A stretch of DNA of 63,564 nucleotides, counting the filler, from Collodictyon triciliatum (lineage: Eukaryota), in NCBI GenBank assembly GCA_043381765.1. It is 19 parts of 19 records of this genome, joined end to end, with 100 filler letters (N's around TTAATTAATTAA, not from the genome) between each part and the next. Parts side by side here need not be neighbours in the genome. Positions count along the whole stretch, not along the records: positions 51,014 to 54,304 come from JBHJMP010007512.1; positions 54,405 to 56,784 come from JBHJMP010007513.1; positions 56,885 to 60,174 come from JBHJMP010007515.1; positions 60,275 to 63,564 come from JBHJMP010007516.1; 15 more parts are not named here. One strand, given 5' to 3'. This document shows, one piece after another, positions 51,014-61,118 of this stretch. The position numbers were made by a program, and so were the translations under genes. Position 1 is the stretch's first letter, and every line of letters begins with the position of its first letter. The notes below the pieces were generated by a model. The model saw nothing but the letters and a program-made list of their open reading frames with translations, did not search any database and had not been told where the DNA came from.

Positions 51014-54000
51014 TGGAGGGTGTTTTGTTCTATAATGCGTGCATTTCCAACTGTGTTTTTGATCATGCAAATATGAAAGGCGTCAGTTTTGGTCGCTTGC
51101 CTTTGTTTTTGGGTCATACAAGTTCTGTCAAGAGTGTTTGCAGCATTCACGGACCGAATGGTGAAAAATGGCTGGCTTCTGGAAGTGGTGATAATACAAT
51201 ACGTATTTGGGATGTATCCACAGGAAGCCAAATCAAAACATTAGAAGGTCATACAAGCTATGTCACCAGTGTTTGCAGTATTGAAGGACCGAATGGTAAA
51301 AACTGGCTGGCTTCTGGAAGTTATGATAAGACAATACGTATTTGGGATGTAGCCACAGGAAACCAAGTCAAAACATTAGGAGGACATACAGAACCAGTCT
51401 TCAGTGTTTGCAGCATTCAAGGACCGAATGGTGAAAATTGGCTGGCTTCTGGAAGTTATGATAACACCATTCGCATTTGGGATGTAGCCACAGGAAATCA
51501 AATCAAAACATTAGAAGGTCATACAGATTATGTCACTAGTGTTTGCTGTATTCAAGGACCGAGTGGTGAAAAGTGGTTGGCTTCTGGAAGTCATGATAAA
51601 ACAATACGTATTTGGGATGTAGCCACTGGAAACCAGATCAGAATACTAGGAAATCATTCAGAAGCCATTATGAGTGTTTGCAGTATTCAAGGACCGAATG
51701 GTGAAAAGTGGCTGGCTTCTGGAAGTATGGATAATACAATACGTATTTGGGATGTAGCCACAGGAAACCATATCAAAACATTAGAAGGTCATACAAGTTC
51801 TGTCAATAGTGTTTGCAGTATTCAAGGACCGAATGGCGAAAAGTGGCTGGCTTCTGGAAGTCGTGATAATACAATACGTATCTGGGATGTAGCCACAGGA
51901 AACCAAATCAAAACATTTGAAGGGCATACAGATGATGATGTCAATAGTGTTTGCAGTATTCAAGGACCGAATGGTGAACACTGGCTGGCTTCTGGAAGTT
52001 ATGATAAAACGATACGCATTTGGGATATAGCCACTGGAAACCAGATCAAAATATTAGAAGGGCACACAGGTGAAGTTTATAGTGTTTGCGGCATTCAAGG
52101 ACCGAATGGTGAAAAGTGGCTGGCTTCTGGAAGTTGGGATAATACAATACGTATTTGGGATGTAGCCACAGGAAACCATATCAAAACATTAGAAGGACAT
52201 ACAAATTGGGTCAACAGTGTTTGCAGTTTTCAAGGACCTAATGGTGAATTTTGGTTGGCTTCTGGAACTTGGGATAATACAATACGTATTTGGGATATAG
52301 CCACAGGAAGCCAAATCAAAACATTAGAAGGTCATTTAGAGAGTGTCTGGAGTGTTTGCAGTATTCAAGGACCGAATGGTGAAAAGTGGCTGGCTTCTGG
52401 AAGTATGGATAATACAATACGTATTTGGGATGTAGCCACAGGAAACCATATCAAAACATTAGAAGGTCATACAAGTGAAGTCAATAGTGTTTGCAGTATT
52501 CAAGGACCGAATGGTGAAAATTGGCTGGCTTCTGGAAGCGATGATAATACAATACGTATCTGGGATGTAGCCACAGGAAACCAAATCAAAACATTTGAAG
52601 GGCATACAGAGCCAGTCATGAGTGTTTGCAGTATTCAAGGACTTAATAGCGAAAAGTGGCTGGCTTCTGGAAGTCTTGATAATACAATACGTATTTGGGA
52701 TGTAGCCACAGGAAACCATATCAAAACATTGGAAGGTCATACAGATACTGTCATGAGTGTTTGCAATATTCAAGGACCGAATGGTGAAAAGTGGTTGGCT
52801 TCTGGAAGTCGTGATAATACAATACGCATTTGGGATGTAGCCACAGGAAAACAAATAAAAACATTAGAAGGTCATTCAGAGCCAGTCTATAGTGTTTGCA
52901 GTATTAAAGGACCGAATGGTGAAAAGTGGCTGGCTTCTGGAAGTGGTGATAAAACAATACGTATTTGGGACGTAGCCACAGGAAACCAAATACACAGCCT
53001 GAAAAAATCAGAAGCGACGTACAATGAGAAGAGCCAATTGGTCATGAAGGATAAACCCGATGAAGTCATCGCAGTATGCAATAGTACAAGTGATGCGATG
53101 AATATGATTGATACAAGCAGAATAATGAACGTAAGAACTGTTCGAATTATAGTCCCAAGAACACTGGAAGCAGCGAAAACTCGCATTAACAAAGCTGAAA
53201 TAGATACAATGAACAAGAAACTATTCCTGCAAGAGGGTGCTGCTTCCTTTGATGCAGACTTTGTTGCCTATTGTGAGCAGGGAAAGTTCACCATGTTCCA
53301 GGCTCAAATGATGGCTGAATGCTATGAGAATGAATGGAGTGTTGAGAAGGACATCGAGAAAGCTATCGAGTGGCTTGGAAAAGCTGAAAACTTTGACAAA
53401 CTGAAGCAACTCGCACAACAAGGCTCAGAAGAGGCATTCAGTGTTTTGAAAAAAATGGCTGAAATGAAGGAATATGGAAGAGACAGATACAAATATCCAC
53501 AGGCTGTTTCTATTGTTGCTGAATGCTATGAGAATGGATGGGGCGTTGAGAAGGACATCGAGAAAGCTATCGAGTGGCTTGGAAAAGCTAAAAATTTTGA
53601 TAAATTGAGGCAATTCGCACAGCAAGGCTCAAAGGAGGCATTCAATGTTTTGAAAGAAATGGCTGAAATGAAATATAAATATAGGAGATACATATATCCA
53701 CAGGCTGTTTCTATTGTTGCTGAATGCTATGAGAATGGATGGGGTGTTGAGAAGGACATCACATTATCCTTCAAATGGGAAATATTTGGTGGAAAGACTG
53801 AGAACTTCGACAAACTGAAGGAACTCGCACAACAAGGCTCAAAGGAGGCATTCAGCGTTTTGAAAGAAATGGCTGAAATCGTAGACGAGGATTATGGTGA
53901 ATACAAATATCCAGAGGCTGTTTCTATTGTTGCTGAATGCTACGAGAATGGATGGGGCGTTGAGAAGGACACCGAGAGAGCTATCGAATGGCTTGGAAAA

Positions 54001-54304
54001 GCTGAAAACTTCGACAAACTGAAGGAATTCGCACAACAAGGCTCAAAAGAGGCATTCAATGTTTTGAAAGAAATGGCTGAAATCGTAGACGAGGATTATG
54101 TAAGATACATATATCCACAGGCTGTTTCTATTGTTGCTGAATGCTACGAGAATGGATGGGGCGTTGAGAAGGACACCGAGAAAGCAGCCGAGTGGTTTGG
54201 AAATGCTGAAAACTTTGAAAAACTGAAGCAACTTGCACAGCAAGGCTCAAAGGAGGCATTCAATGTTTTGAAAGAAATGGCTGAAATGAAGGAGGATATT
54301 CTGG
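51014..54304 (+). CDS. Intronless repeat protein, open at both ends: pentapeptide-like segment, 14 WD40 repeats, linker, about five 68-aa Sel1-like repeats
   Basis: One open frame spans the whole contig. The 45-aa unit is GH..V.SVCSIQGPNGEKWLASGS.DNTIRIWDVATG; the second unit is AECYENGWGVEKD.EKAIEW. Confidence 0.92.
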
Positions 54305-54589
54305 NNNNNNNNNNNNNNNNNNNNNNNNNNNNNNNNNNNNNNNNNNNNTTAATTAATTAANNNNNNNNNNNNNNNNNNNNNNNNNNNNNNNNNNNNNNNN
54401 NNNNTTGTCTTTGTCTTTGTCTTTGTCTTTGTCTTTGTCTTTGTCTTTGTCTTTGTCTTTGTCTTTGTCTTTGTCTTTGTCTTTGTCTTTGTCTTTGTCT
54501 TTATCTTTATCTTTATCCTTGTCTTTGTCTTTGTCTTTGTCCTTATCCCTTTGTTGATTTCTCAGCACATCGGTCTAAAATGTGTGTTT

Positions 54590-56660
54590 TCTTTTCTTTT
54601 CCTCTCTGGGCCATGGTAGCGGCGTCTCCGTCTTCATGCTTGTTGCCAGCGCCGCCATCATCCTCCACCCGATGGCCAAGTGGGTGGACGTCTGAACGCG
54701 ATCGGTTGATTCGAAGACATAAAGTGTATCTCTTGAGGCAACAAAGTCCCCCTCCTTGACAGCGGCCTGGTCTTTTTACCAAAATGCTGTGGTGTTACGA
54801 GTTGGGTCTAGTCGCTTTAATGTTGTTTGATTGTTGTTATTATTCTTTCGTTTTTTTTTATATGTATATAGCATGTGCTAATCACGCAACCGACCAAGGA
54901 AAAGTGTGCCGACGATTGCGGAGATGAGAAATAGCACGGAGCGCAAGAAAAGCGATGCTCCTGTGGGGCCAGGTGTCTGCACTTTGCCTAGTTTCTGGCA
55001 AGATGCAGAAAGGTGGCTGGTGTCTGCCAACGGCATCGCGCGGCGCAGACTTTGGAACGGGTTGAGAGTGACGCGGCAGAACTCGGGCAGGTCAGATTTC
55101 ATCTTCTGCAGCGCCTGAACCCATTCGTCAGCCTCGCCCGCTTCGCGAAACAAAAGGACGATGCTGGACAGCCGCTCGCACAGGGGCATGGACGCAACCA
55201 CTATTTCGCACATGACGCCCCCAAGCCCCTGGCAGTCCGAGGCCGGGCCGCTCTGGATGTCTCTGTGTAATGTGGGCAGCAGGTCAACAGCGTCGAAGCA
55301 GTTCTGCCCGCAGATGGGGTGCTCGACATCCCGTAGCGACGTTATGATTCGGACCTCAGTGATGCAACCCACAGAGACAAAGTCGATCACCTGAGCCTTC
55401 TGCAGCGAGTGGCAAAAGTACAATGTTCCTCCTCCCATCGGTACTAGGCATACCTCTCGCCAAAGTGTGGACTGGCTCCCGTCGATCTTCAGCAGACGGC
55501 GAGCCCAACCAACACGAATCTGTACCATGTCTTTGGGGGTTATTACATGTCTTACAACGAAGAAAATAGACAGAAAATGAGGGCGTAGTTGTTGGATGAG
55601 GGGGCATACTGTTTGCATGAAATCCGCGGGAATCTCGACAGACTTCACATTTACTGTGTCAGCGTGATATTTTTCCCAATGGTGGACCTTTTCACGAGTT
55701 TTTTCTGGAAATTTGGTATGTTGTGAGTACGTTTCATCTCTTGCCTGTGTATCCATTGAAGTCACTTTGATGTGCTTAATAGAATCCTATGTGGTATTGA
55801 TTCAATGGGTCAATCTGGGGTATGATAGGCTCGTTCAGAGATAATATACAATTGATATGTGATGTTTATCTGCCGTTTTTTTTGTTTTATGAAAGAAAGA
55901 GCTGGTGGATCAATTACCTTGATGAAGTTGGGAAGGGGCAAATTTGTGTCGACTGGAAGTGTTGAAGCGCTTTCTCCCTGTACACCACAGATAATTGGTT
56001 GCCTTCATTTTAATCATCATGCAATATAAATGTATGGAACACCTATCTAGGTGTATTGCTTCAGTACCCAAAGCGAGTCACTAGACTTATCATAGTATTA
56101 TGGATATAATTGGTAGGCTTTGACAGTATTTTGTAATGATAAATGAACCCACTTTTATATCGGTTGTTTAAATATTATCCTGCTTTCTATAAAGACTTTT
56201 CATTTTGATCAATCGTATAGTAAAGAACAAAAATTAAAAAAAATTAAAAAAATTAAAATGGTCAAACTTTTAGTTTTGTCCTCCTCGACATTTTTTCCTT
56301 GTCCTTTTCTTTGTCTCTGTCTTTTTCCCTATCTTTGTCCTTGTTTTGGTCCTTATCTTTCTCTCTTTCTTTCTCCTTATCTCTATCCTTTAGTAAAGTA
56401 GATGATTTCTCTTCGTCTCTTTCTTTGTTTTTTGGTGTAACAGGGTTTGATACCCTTAGAGGCGTGGTAGTCGTTGATGATGAGGCCGAAAGTCCTTTAT
56501 CTTTTGGTTGGATTTTCCCTTCCAGAATTTTTTGATTTGTTGCGATGTTAGAAAACCACCGGTCCAACACAACTTCATCTGATTCGTCCTCTTCTGAGCA
56601 TCTCAACATGTAGATTCTTTCCAAGGTAGCTAAAGAAATCTCCCTTTTCTGTCAAAGAGA
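54590..56660 (-). CDS. Internal exons of an unidentified gene (K/D/E-rich tract and possible PH-like domain)
   Basis: Long open exons at 56262-56624 and 54878-55765 with GT/AG boundaries. GWARRLL..WREV.L..GGTLYF and EADEWVQALQ resemble a PH fold. Confidence 0.5.
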
Positions 56661-56884
56661 ACGTTGGGGATATTAGTATAAAAGAACCAAAACATGGGAA
56701 GCTTTAATTTTTTTTTTTTTTATTCTTCCTTTCAACTTTTGTGCAGGACCGAGGGGGGGGGGGGGGGTTTTTAAATTTTGAGGGNNNNNNNNNNNNNNNN
56801 NNNNNNNNNNNNNNNNNNNNNNNNNNNNTTAATTAATTAANNNNNNNNNNNNNNNNNNNNNNNNNNNNNNNNNNNNNNNNNNNN

Positions 56885-57505
56885 GGATAGTCATAAAAAA
56901 AAATAAGAGTACGGTTGTAAATTTCCAGGATTCGGCAGATATTTTTTAGGAGTTGTTTGCAGAGGTAATTCAAATTCTGTGTTGTAATTACATCCAATCA
57001 CATAAGACCCACCGAAACCAAATTCGCCCTGGTACTGTGAAAATTCTTCATTAGATGTTATATAAACTCTTATTGCCGGTGTCGCAACTGTTTTTCTTTC
57101 AAAATAAAACCGATTGCGAATATTGTCATATCCCATATCATACTGGTCTTGTCCATTGCTTGCTAATAAAGTATTTAATGCAAGGACAACCGCTTGGGCA
57201 TATTGACTTGTGTTATATGTACCCTCAGCAATTGTAATTGTTGAAAAAGTACTGATACTTGTGTTGGTATTCAATACTCGAATTCGCAATTGATTGTATT
57301 GATACAACTCTGTTATCTGATGTATCGTCGTGGGGTAGTATACACTTTTTATAAACAGATTATATGCCTTGTTTTTGATAACTGGGAAATCTGATAAATC
57401 AAAAGTGAAATTGTTGTTTGTCCCACTCACTCGTTTCGATTCCGAATTAATAAAAAGATAATTGGCTTCGTTTACACGTTTTTCATCTAAAAGTCGTCGT
57501 TGCAT
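56885..57505 (-). CDS. Putative minor capsid protein (penton, single jelly roll); runs to the contig edge
   Basis: YLFINSESKRVSGTNNNFTFDL, LFIKSVYYPTTIHQI and TITIAEGTYNTSQYAQAV follow the I.S..R..GT..NF.F / ITI.EG.Y pattern of PLV and virophage pentons. Confidence 0.7.
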
Positions 57506-57538
57506 ACAAGTGTCAATATTTTTTTCTTTATTAAATTA

Positions 57539-57918
57539 ATGGACCAGGAACCTCAAGTTGAATATGTTGAAGATGCACTTATAAAAGCAGTTCCCGAAAA
57601 AAAAAGAACTTTGACTGCCAAGCAGCTCAAAAATTTGGAATTGATGCGGCAGAAAAAAATGGCAAAGAAGGAAGCAGCAAAAATGATTTCTGATTCCGTA
57701 AGAAATTCGGCGAGGGAGGCAGATGCCGAGGAATTCTCTAGTTTAAAAAATGAATTAGCGGAGATTAAAAAAAAAACTGGCCGCCCCGGAAATTGCCGCA
57801 TCCAAATCAAAAAAAAGCCCCAATCAAAAGAAAAAGAATTATAGTTGAAGAATCAGATTCAGATCGAGATTTGGAATATTCCAACCCTTACCTTATGCAA
57901 ATAGTTCGACCGAGGTAA
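57539..57918 (+). CDS. Small charged viral protein, apparently frameshifted at two A-runs
   Basis: MDQEPQVEYVED..KKRTLTAKQLKNLELMRQKK; removing one A from each run (57767-57776 and 57809-57816) joins it to KRKRIIVEESDSD..RPR*. Confidence 0.55.
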
Positions 57919-57945
57919 ATTATTTTTTGTAAAGTAAAAAATAAT

Positions 57946-59688
57946 TTAATAAAGGACCTGGGCATTGTCCTTTCCAATATCCAGGACACGAGTGTGCTCG
58001 ATGATTACCCAGCAGGTGTAGTTATCGATGGGAGTCACTGATGAAACAGCTGCAGATGCAGCAGCAGCAGCATTGGCAGCGGTAACAGATTTTCCCTCTT
58101 TACAAGAAGCTCCGAATTGAAGGCCGACTTGAACGATTCCAGAATTTGAAGATGCGTTGTAACCAGATAGCTCAAACTCATCCGAGTAATCTGACCGAGT
58201 CATAGTCCAACCCAGTGCGAAATATGTAGGAGTTTTCCAGTAAATTTCTTCACAAGATAATGGATTATTATTCTTGTTTGCAATGGTTCCATTTGCCATA
58301 GCAGCATTAACAAGCATATTATTATACACCGCTTTGTTGCTGGCATAAAACGCACCCGCACCTGTTTTTTGTGAAGAGTACACGCTATTTGTAATACTTG
58401 GACTTGATTCAACAACTGGGAAATTGACTTGTCCAAGCATTTCAGCAGATGTGTTATATCCCAGCGCTTTCATTAAATAATTAAGGGCTTCTGGATGTTG
58501 GCACAAAGCTTGTCCATGAAGCCCACTTGTTAAAAGACCATTTGAAGCAGAAATAGTTTGAGCTGCTGCTGGATATGTTAAATACCCTGGATTTTGTAAT
58601 TGAATAGGTACCGATGGCATAACTTTACCATTCACTACGAGTCTTGCTTGAGAGAGACCTTCAATAGCATGCAATCTATCCGTTCCAAGGTAGTTAACAG
58701 TATTTTGCTCAGAGTTTCGAGTAAATATACAATAAATTGCATTGATGTTGCTATACTGAACCGAAATATTCTGAGTAATCCAACCATTTTGTCCTCTGCT
58801 AATTGGAAATTGCGTCATAAAGTAAGTTTCAATTGGTATTTGCAAATTGTTGGAAACCAAATACTGAGAAAGCGCATTATTATAACTGGTTTCAGTTTGA
58901 ATATAATTGATATTCAGGTGGATGTTTGATAAAGTATAACTTAAATTATTATCATCCGAAGCAGTAAATGAATCATATGTATAATTTGCATTCTGCGCAC
59001 AAAATAATACACCGGTCGTAAAGCACTCAGAAGCTGGTGACATCCAAATACGAATTTCAAGACTGTTTGGGCCTAAAAGATATGCTGGTAAAAGTGTTTT
59101 AATATTATTTAGACCTAAATATCTTAAGGGAAATCCAATCTGTATTATGTTACTGGATGTACCGGCCGCACCGATAAGCAATTGTTTGGATTTATCTAAA
59201 ATAGATTGATTTAAACCCATTCCACCACTCATAAGATTTACCCAATTCTGATTATTGCACCAATTGTGCTTGAAAGTTTCCAAATACGAATAGTTGTCTA
59301 TGCGTTCCAATTCTGACCCATTGAGGTATACAGCGATGCGATAAATAAAATATTCGGAACTTTCACAAGGAGCAAGTATTGGTATAGTTCTCGAAGCATC
59401 ATCACCAGCAGTTGAAAAATTGGTGTTTTTTAAATTTCCAATAGCTGCTATAACATTTGCTTCAATTCCCTTGACCTGTAAATCCGCTATTATATGAGCA
59501 CTATCCATTTGAATGCTCCATTCATTGTCAATGGGAACCCTAAAAACAATTTGAGGGCCAGATGAAAAAGTAGCAGTCTGCTCCGTTCCGTTGCTGGGCA
59601 AAACTTGTCTTTGTTGTTTTTCAAGGATAGTTTTCTTCTTGGATGAAATATTTCTGAACTGCAGTTCTTCGGGTAGTGAGTCCATCAT
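57946..59688 (-). CDS. Putative major capsid protein (double jelly roll), PLV type, 580 aa
   Basis: VLPSNG..F..GPQIVFRVP, LNGSELERIDNY, FPLRYLGL..LLP..LEIRIWM, YTLSNIHLNINYI, IPIETY, SNINAIYCIF and VNGKVMP. Beta-rich, intact ORF. Confidence 0.78.
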   Translation of the reverse strand: MMDSLPEELQFRNISSKKKTILEKQQRQVLPSNGTEQTATFSSGPQIVFRVPIDNEWSIQMDSAHIIADLQVKGIEANVIAAIGNLKNTNFSTAGDDASRTIPILAPCESSEYFIYRIAVYLNGSELERIDNYSYLETFKHNWCNNQNWVNLMSGGMGLNQSILDKSKQLLIGAAGTSSNIIQIGFPLRYLGLNNIKTLLPAYLLGPNSLEIRIWMSPASECFTTGVLFCAQNANYTYDSFTASDDNNLSYTLSNIHLNINYIQTETSYNNALSQYLVSNNLQIPIETYFMTQFPISRGQNGWITQNISVQYSNINAIYCIFTRNSEQNTVNYLGTDRLHAIEGLSQARLVVNGKVMPSVPIQLQNPGYLTYPAAAQTISASNGLLTSGLHGQALCQHPEALNYLMKALGYNTSAEMLGQVNFPVVESSPSITNSVYSSQKTGAGAFYASNKAVYNNMLVNAAMANGTIANKNNNPLSCEEIYWKTPTYFALGWTMTRSDYSDEFELSGYNASSNSGIVQVGLQFGASCKEGKSVTAANAAAAASAAVSSVTPIDNYTCWVIIEHTRVLDIGKDNAQVLY

Positions 59689-59714
59689 ATTTTTAAAAAG
59701 AAAATAATTTTCGC

Positions 59715-60126
59715 TTAGTAACCTATTTTATTTCGGATGTTGTCGTCGTATGATTTTATGACTTTTCCCAGGGATTCGTTTCGTTGTCCAGCTCCACGAA
59801 TTACAGGCTCATATTTTTTTAATTGCTTCGTGCCCTGTTCAAATGGCTTCTGCAATTTACTCCCTTCTACAAGACCTGCAACAGTAGCACCCTTTTTACC
59901 TTCAGCTAAGTCAAGTCCCTTTTTCACGTGCCCTTTGTTTGCATTGTACACCTTTTAGTGCCTGCTCCGACAGTCCACCAGTGGCTGTTCGTGCCAAGTC
60001 CCGCAGTCCTCCACCGGTGGCTTTATCAACGGCATTGACTACTTTTTCTCCGACATTCATTCCCTTCCGTACGACTTTAACTGCTCCTTTGAAAAATTTC
60101 TTCAAGCTTCTCCGTGTGAATACCAT
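59715..60126 (-). CDS. Small basic, Gly/Lys-rich protein of about 136 aa (candidate virion core or membrane-active protein), with one frameshift
   Basis: ORFs 59911-60126 and 59715-59951 fuse if one base is removed from the T4 run at 59953-59956 (..EQALKVYNANKGH..). Confidence 0.6.
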
Positions 60127-60559
60127 ATAGTTACTTATAAAAAAATCTATTATGTGAGTTCCTCCTCAAAATTTNNNNNNNNNNNNNNNNNNNNNNNNNN
60201 NNNNNNNNNNNNNNNNNNTTAATTAATTAANNNNNNNNNNNNNNNNNNNNNNNNNNNNNNNNNNNNNNNNNNNNTTGGTTTTTTTTTTGTTTATTTTGGT
60301 TTTCTATGGTTTTCTATTGTTTTATTTTGCTTTATTTTCTTTTATCTTGTTTTTGGTTTTTTTTGTTTATTTTGGTTTTCTATGGTTTTCTATTGTTTTA
60401 TTTTGTTTTATTTTGTTTTATTTTGTTTTATTTTGTTTTATATTGTTTTCTATTGTTTTCTATTGTTTTCTATTGTTTTCTATTGTTTTATTTTGTTTTA
60501 TTTTGTTTTATTTTGTTTTATTTTGTTTTATTTTGTTTTATTTTGTTTTATTTTGTTTT

Positions 60560-60960
60560 CTATTGTTTTCTTTTATTCGACTAGAAGCTCCTGTTGAAGC
60601 TATGCAAGGAGCGAGTTGGTCAGGCAGCCCAACTGGTTGATTGATTATGTAAGCTGCAAGTAGAGGTTAGATGTATTGTGGGAGATATCTTACGACACGT
60701 TCACACATCACTCGTCGCTTGTTGTCAGAGTAGCGATAGAATCCAGGCGTGCTCCAGCAAGTTGTTCAAGAAGATGCATCGCACGAGGTTTTCAAGCCTG
60801 GATATATTGATTTCACGCCCAGTCAACTCATTAGAGCGAGAGAATGCACACACACATACACACTCTCTATAAGGACCGCAGCATATGTCCCCCAATGACT
60901 GTCCAGAGCATTCCAGAGCTGCGAGATATTTGATTTTGCTGACGAGATCTTTGGGATATC
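60560..60960 (-). mobile_element. Second, decayed copy of the LINE-like 3' end, followed by an (AAAAC/AATAG)-type tail at 60275-60570
   Basis: The reverse complement aligns by eye to 37438-37720 (ggacatatgctg.ggtcctta, gcattctctcgctctaatga, gatatctcccaca, aatcaaccagttggg, cctgaccaact) and ends in cgaataaaa. Confidence 0.8.
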
Positions 60961-61118
60961 TTATCTACATCGGTCGATTGGAGTGAGCAATAAATCAAGA
61001 AACTTGAATATTGTGTGCAACAACCGAGGTGTCCTAACTAAAGTAGAGGGAATCTGGTCGCCCATTCTTAATAAATATTCGGGTCAAATAAAATGCTGCA
61101 GTGATTAAGTAAACTGGC

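Larger units (their letters stand above)
56885..60174. mobile_element. Polinton-like virus / virophage-related morphogenesis module (fragment)
   Basis: Four compact intronless genes with 28-33 bp intergenic gaps, including major-capsid-like and penton-like ORFs, unlike the intron-rich host contigs. Confidence 0.8.

Noticed and set aside
51112-53005. 135-bp repeats with variable segments as a CRISPR-like or DGR array
   Set aside because: These are in-frame coding WD40 repeats with no unique spacers, no adenine-specific variation and no RT nearby.
56772-60174. 11-bp inverted match (aaattttgagg) between the ends of two adjacent contigs as a viral TIR
   Set aside because: Short, AT-rich, next to a low-quality poly-G, and on separate contigs.
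3352-60230. Regularly spaced TTAATTAATTAA palindrome, resembling a repeat array
   Set aside because: Always embedded in Ns; it is an artificial six-frame-stop linker between size-sorted contigs, so cross-contig gene clustering (for example virus next to WD40 gene) is meaningless.
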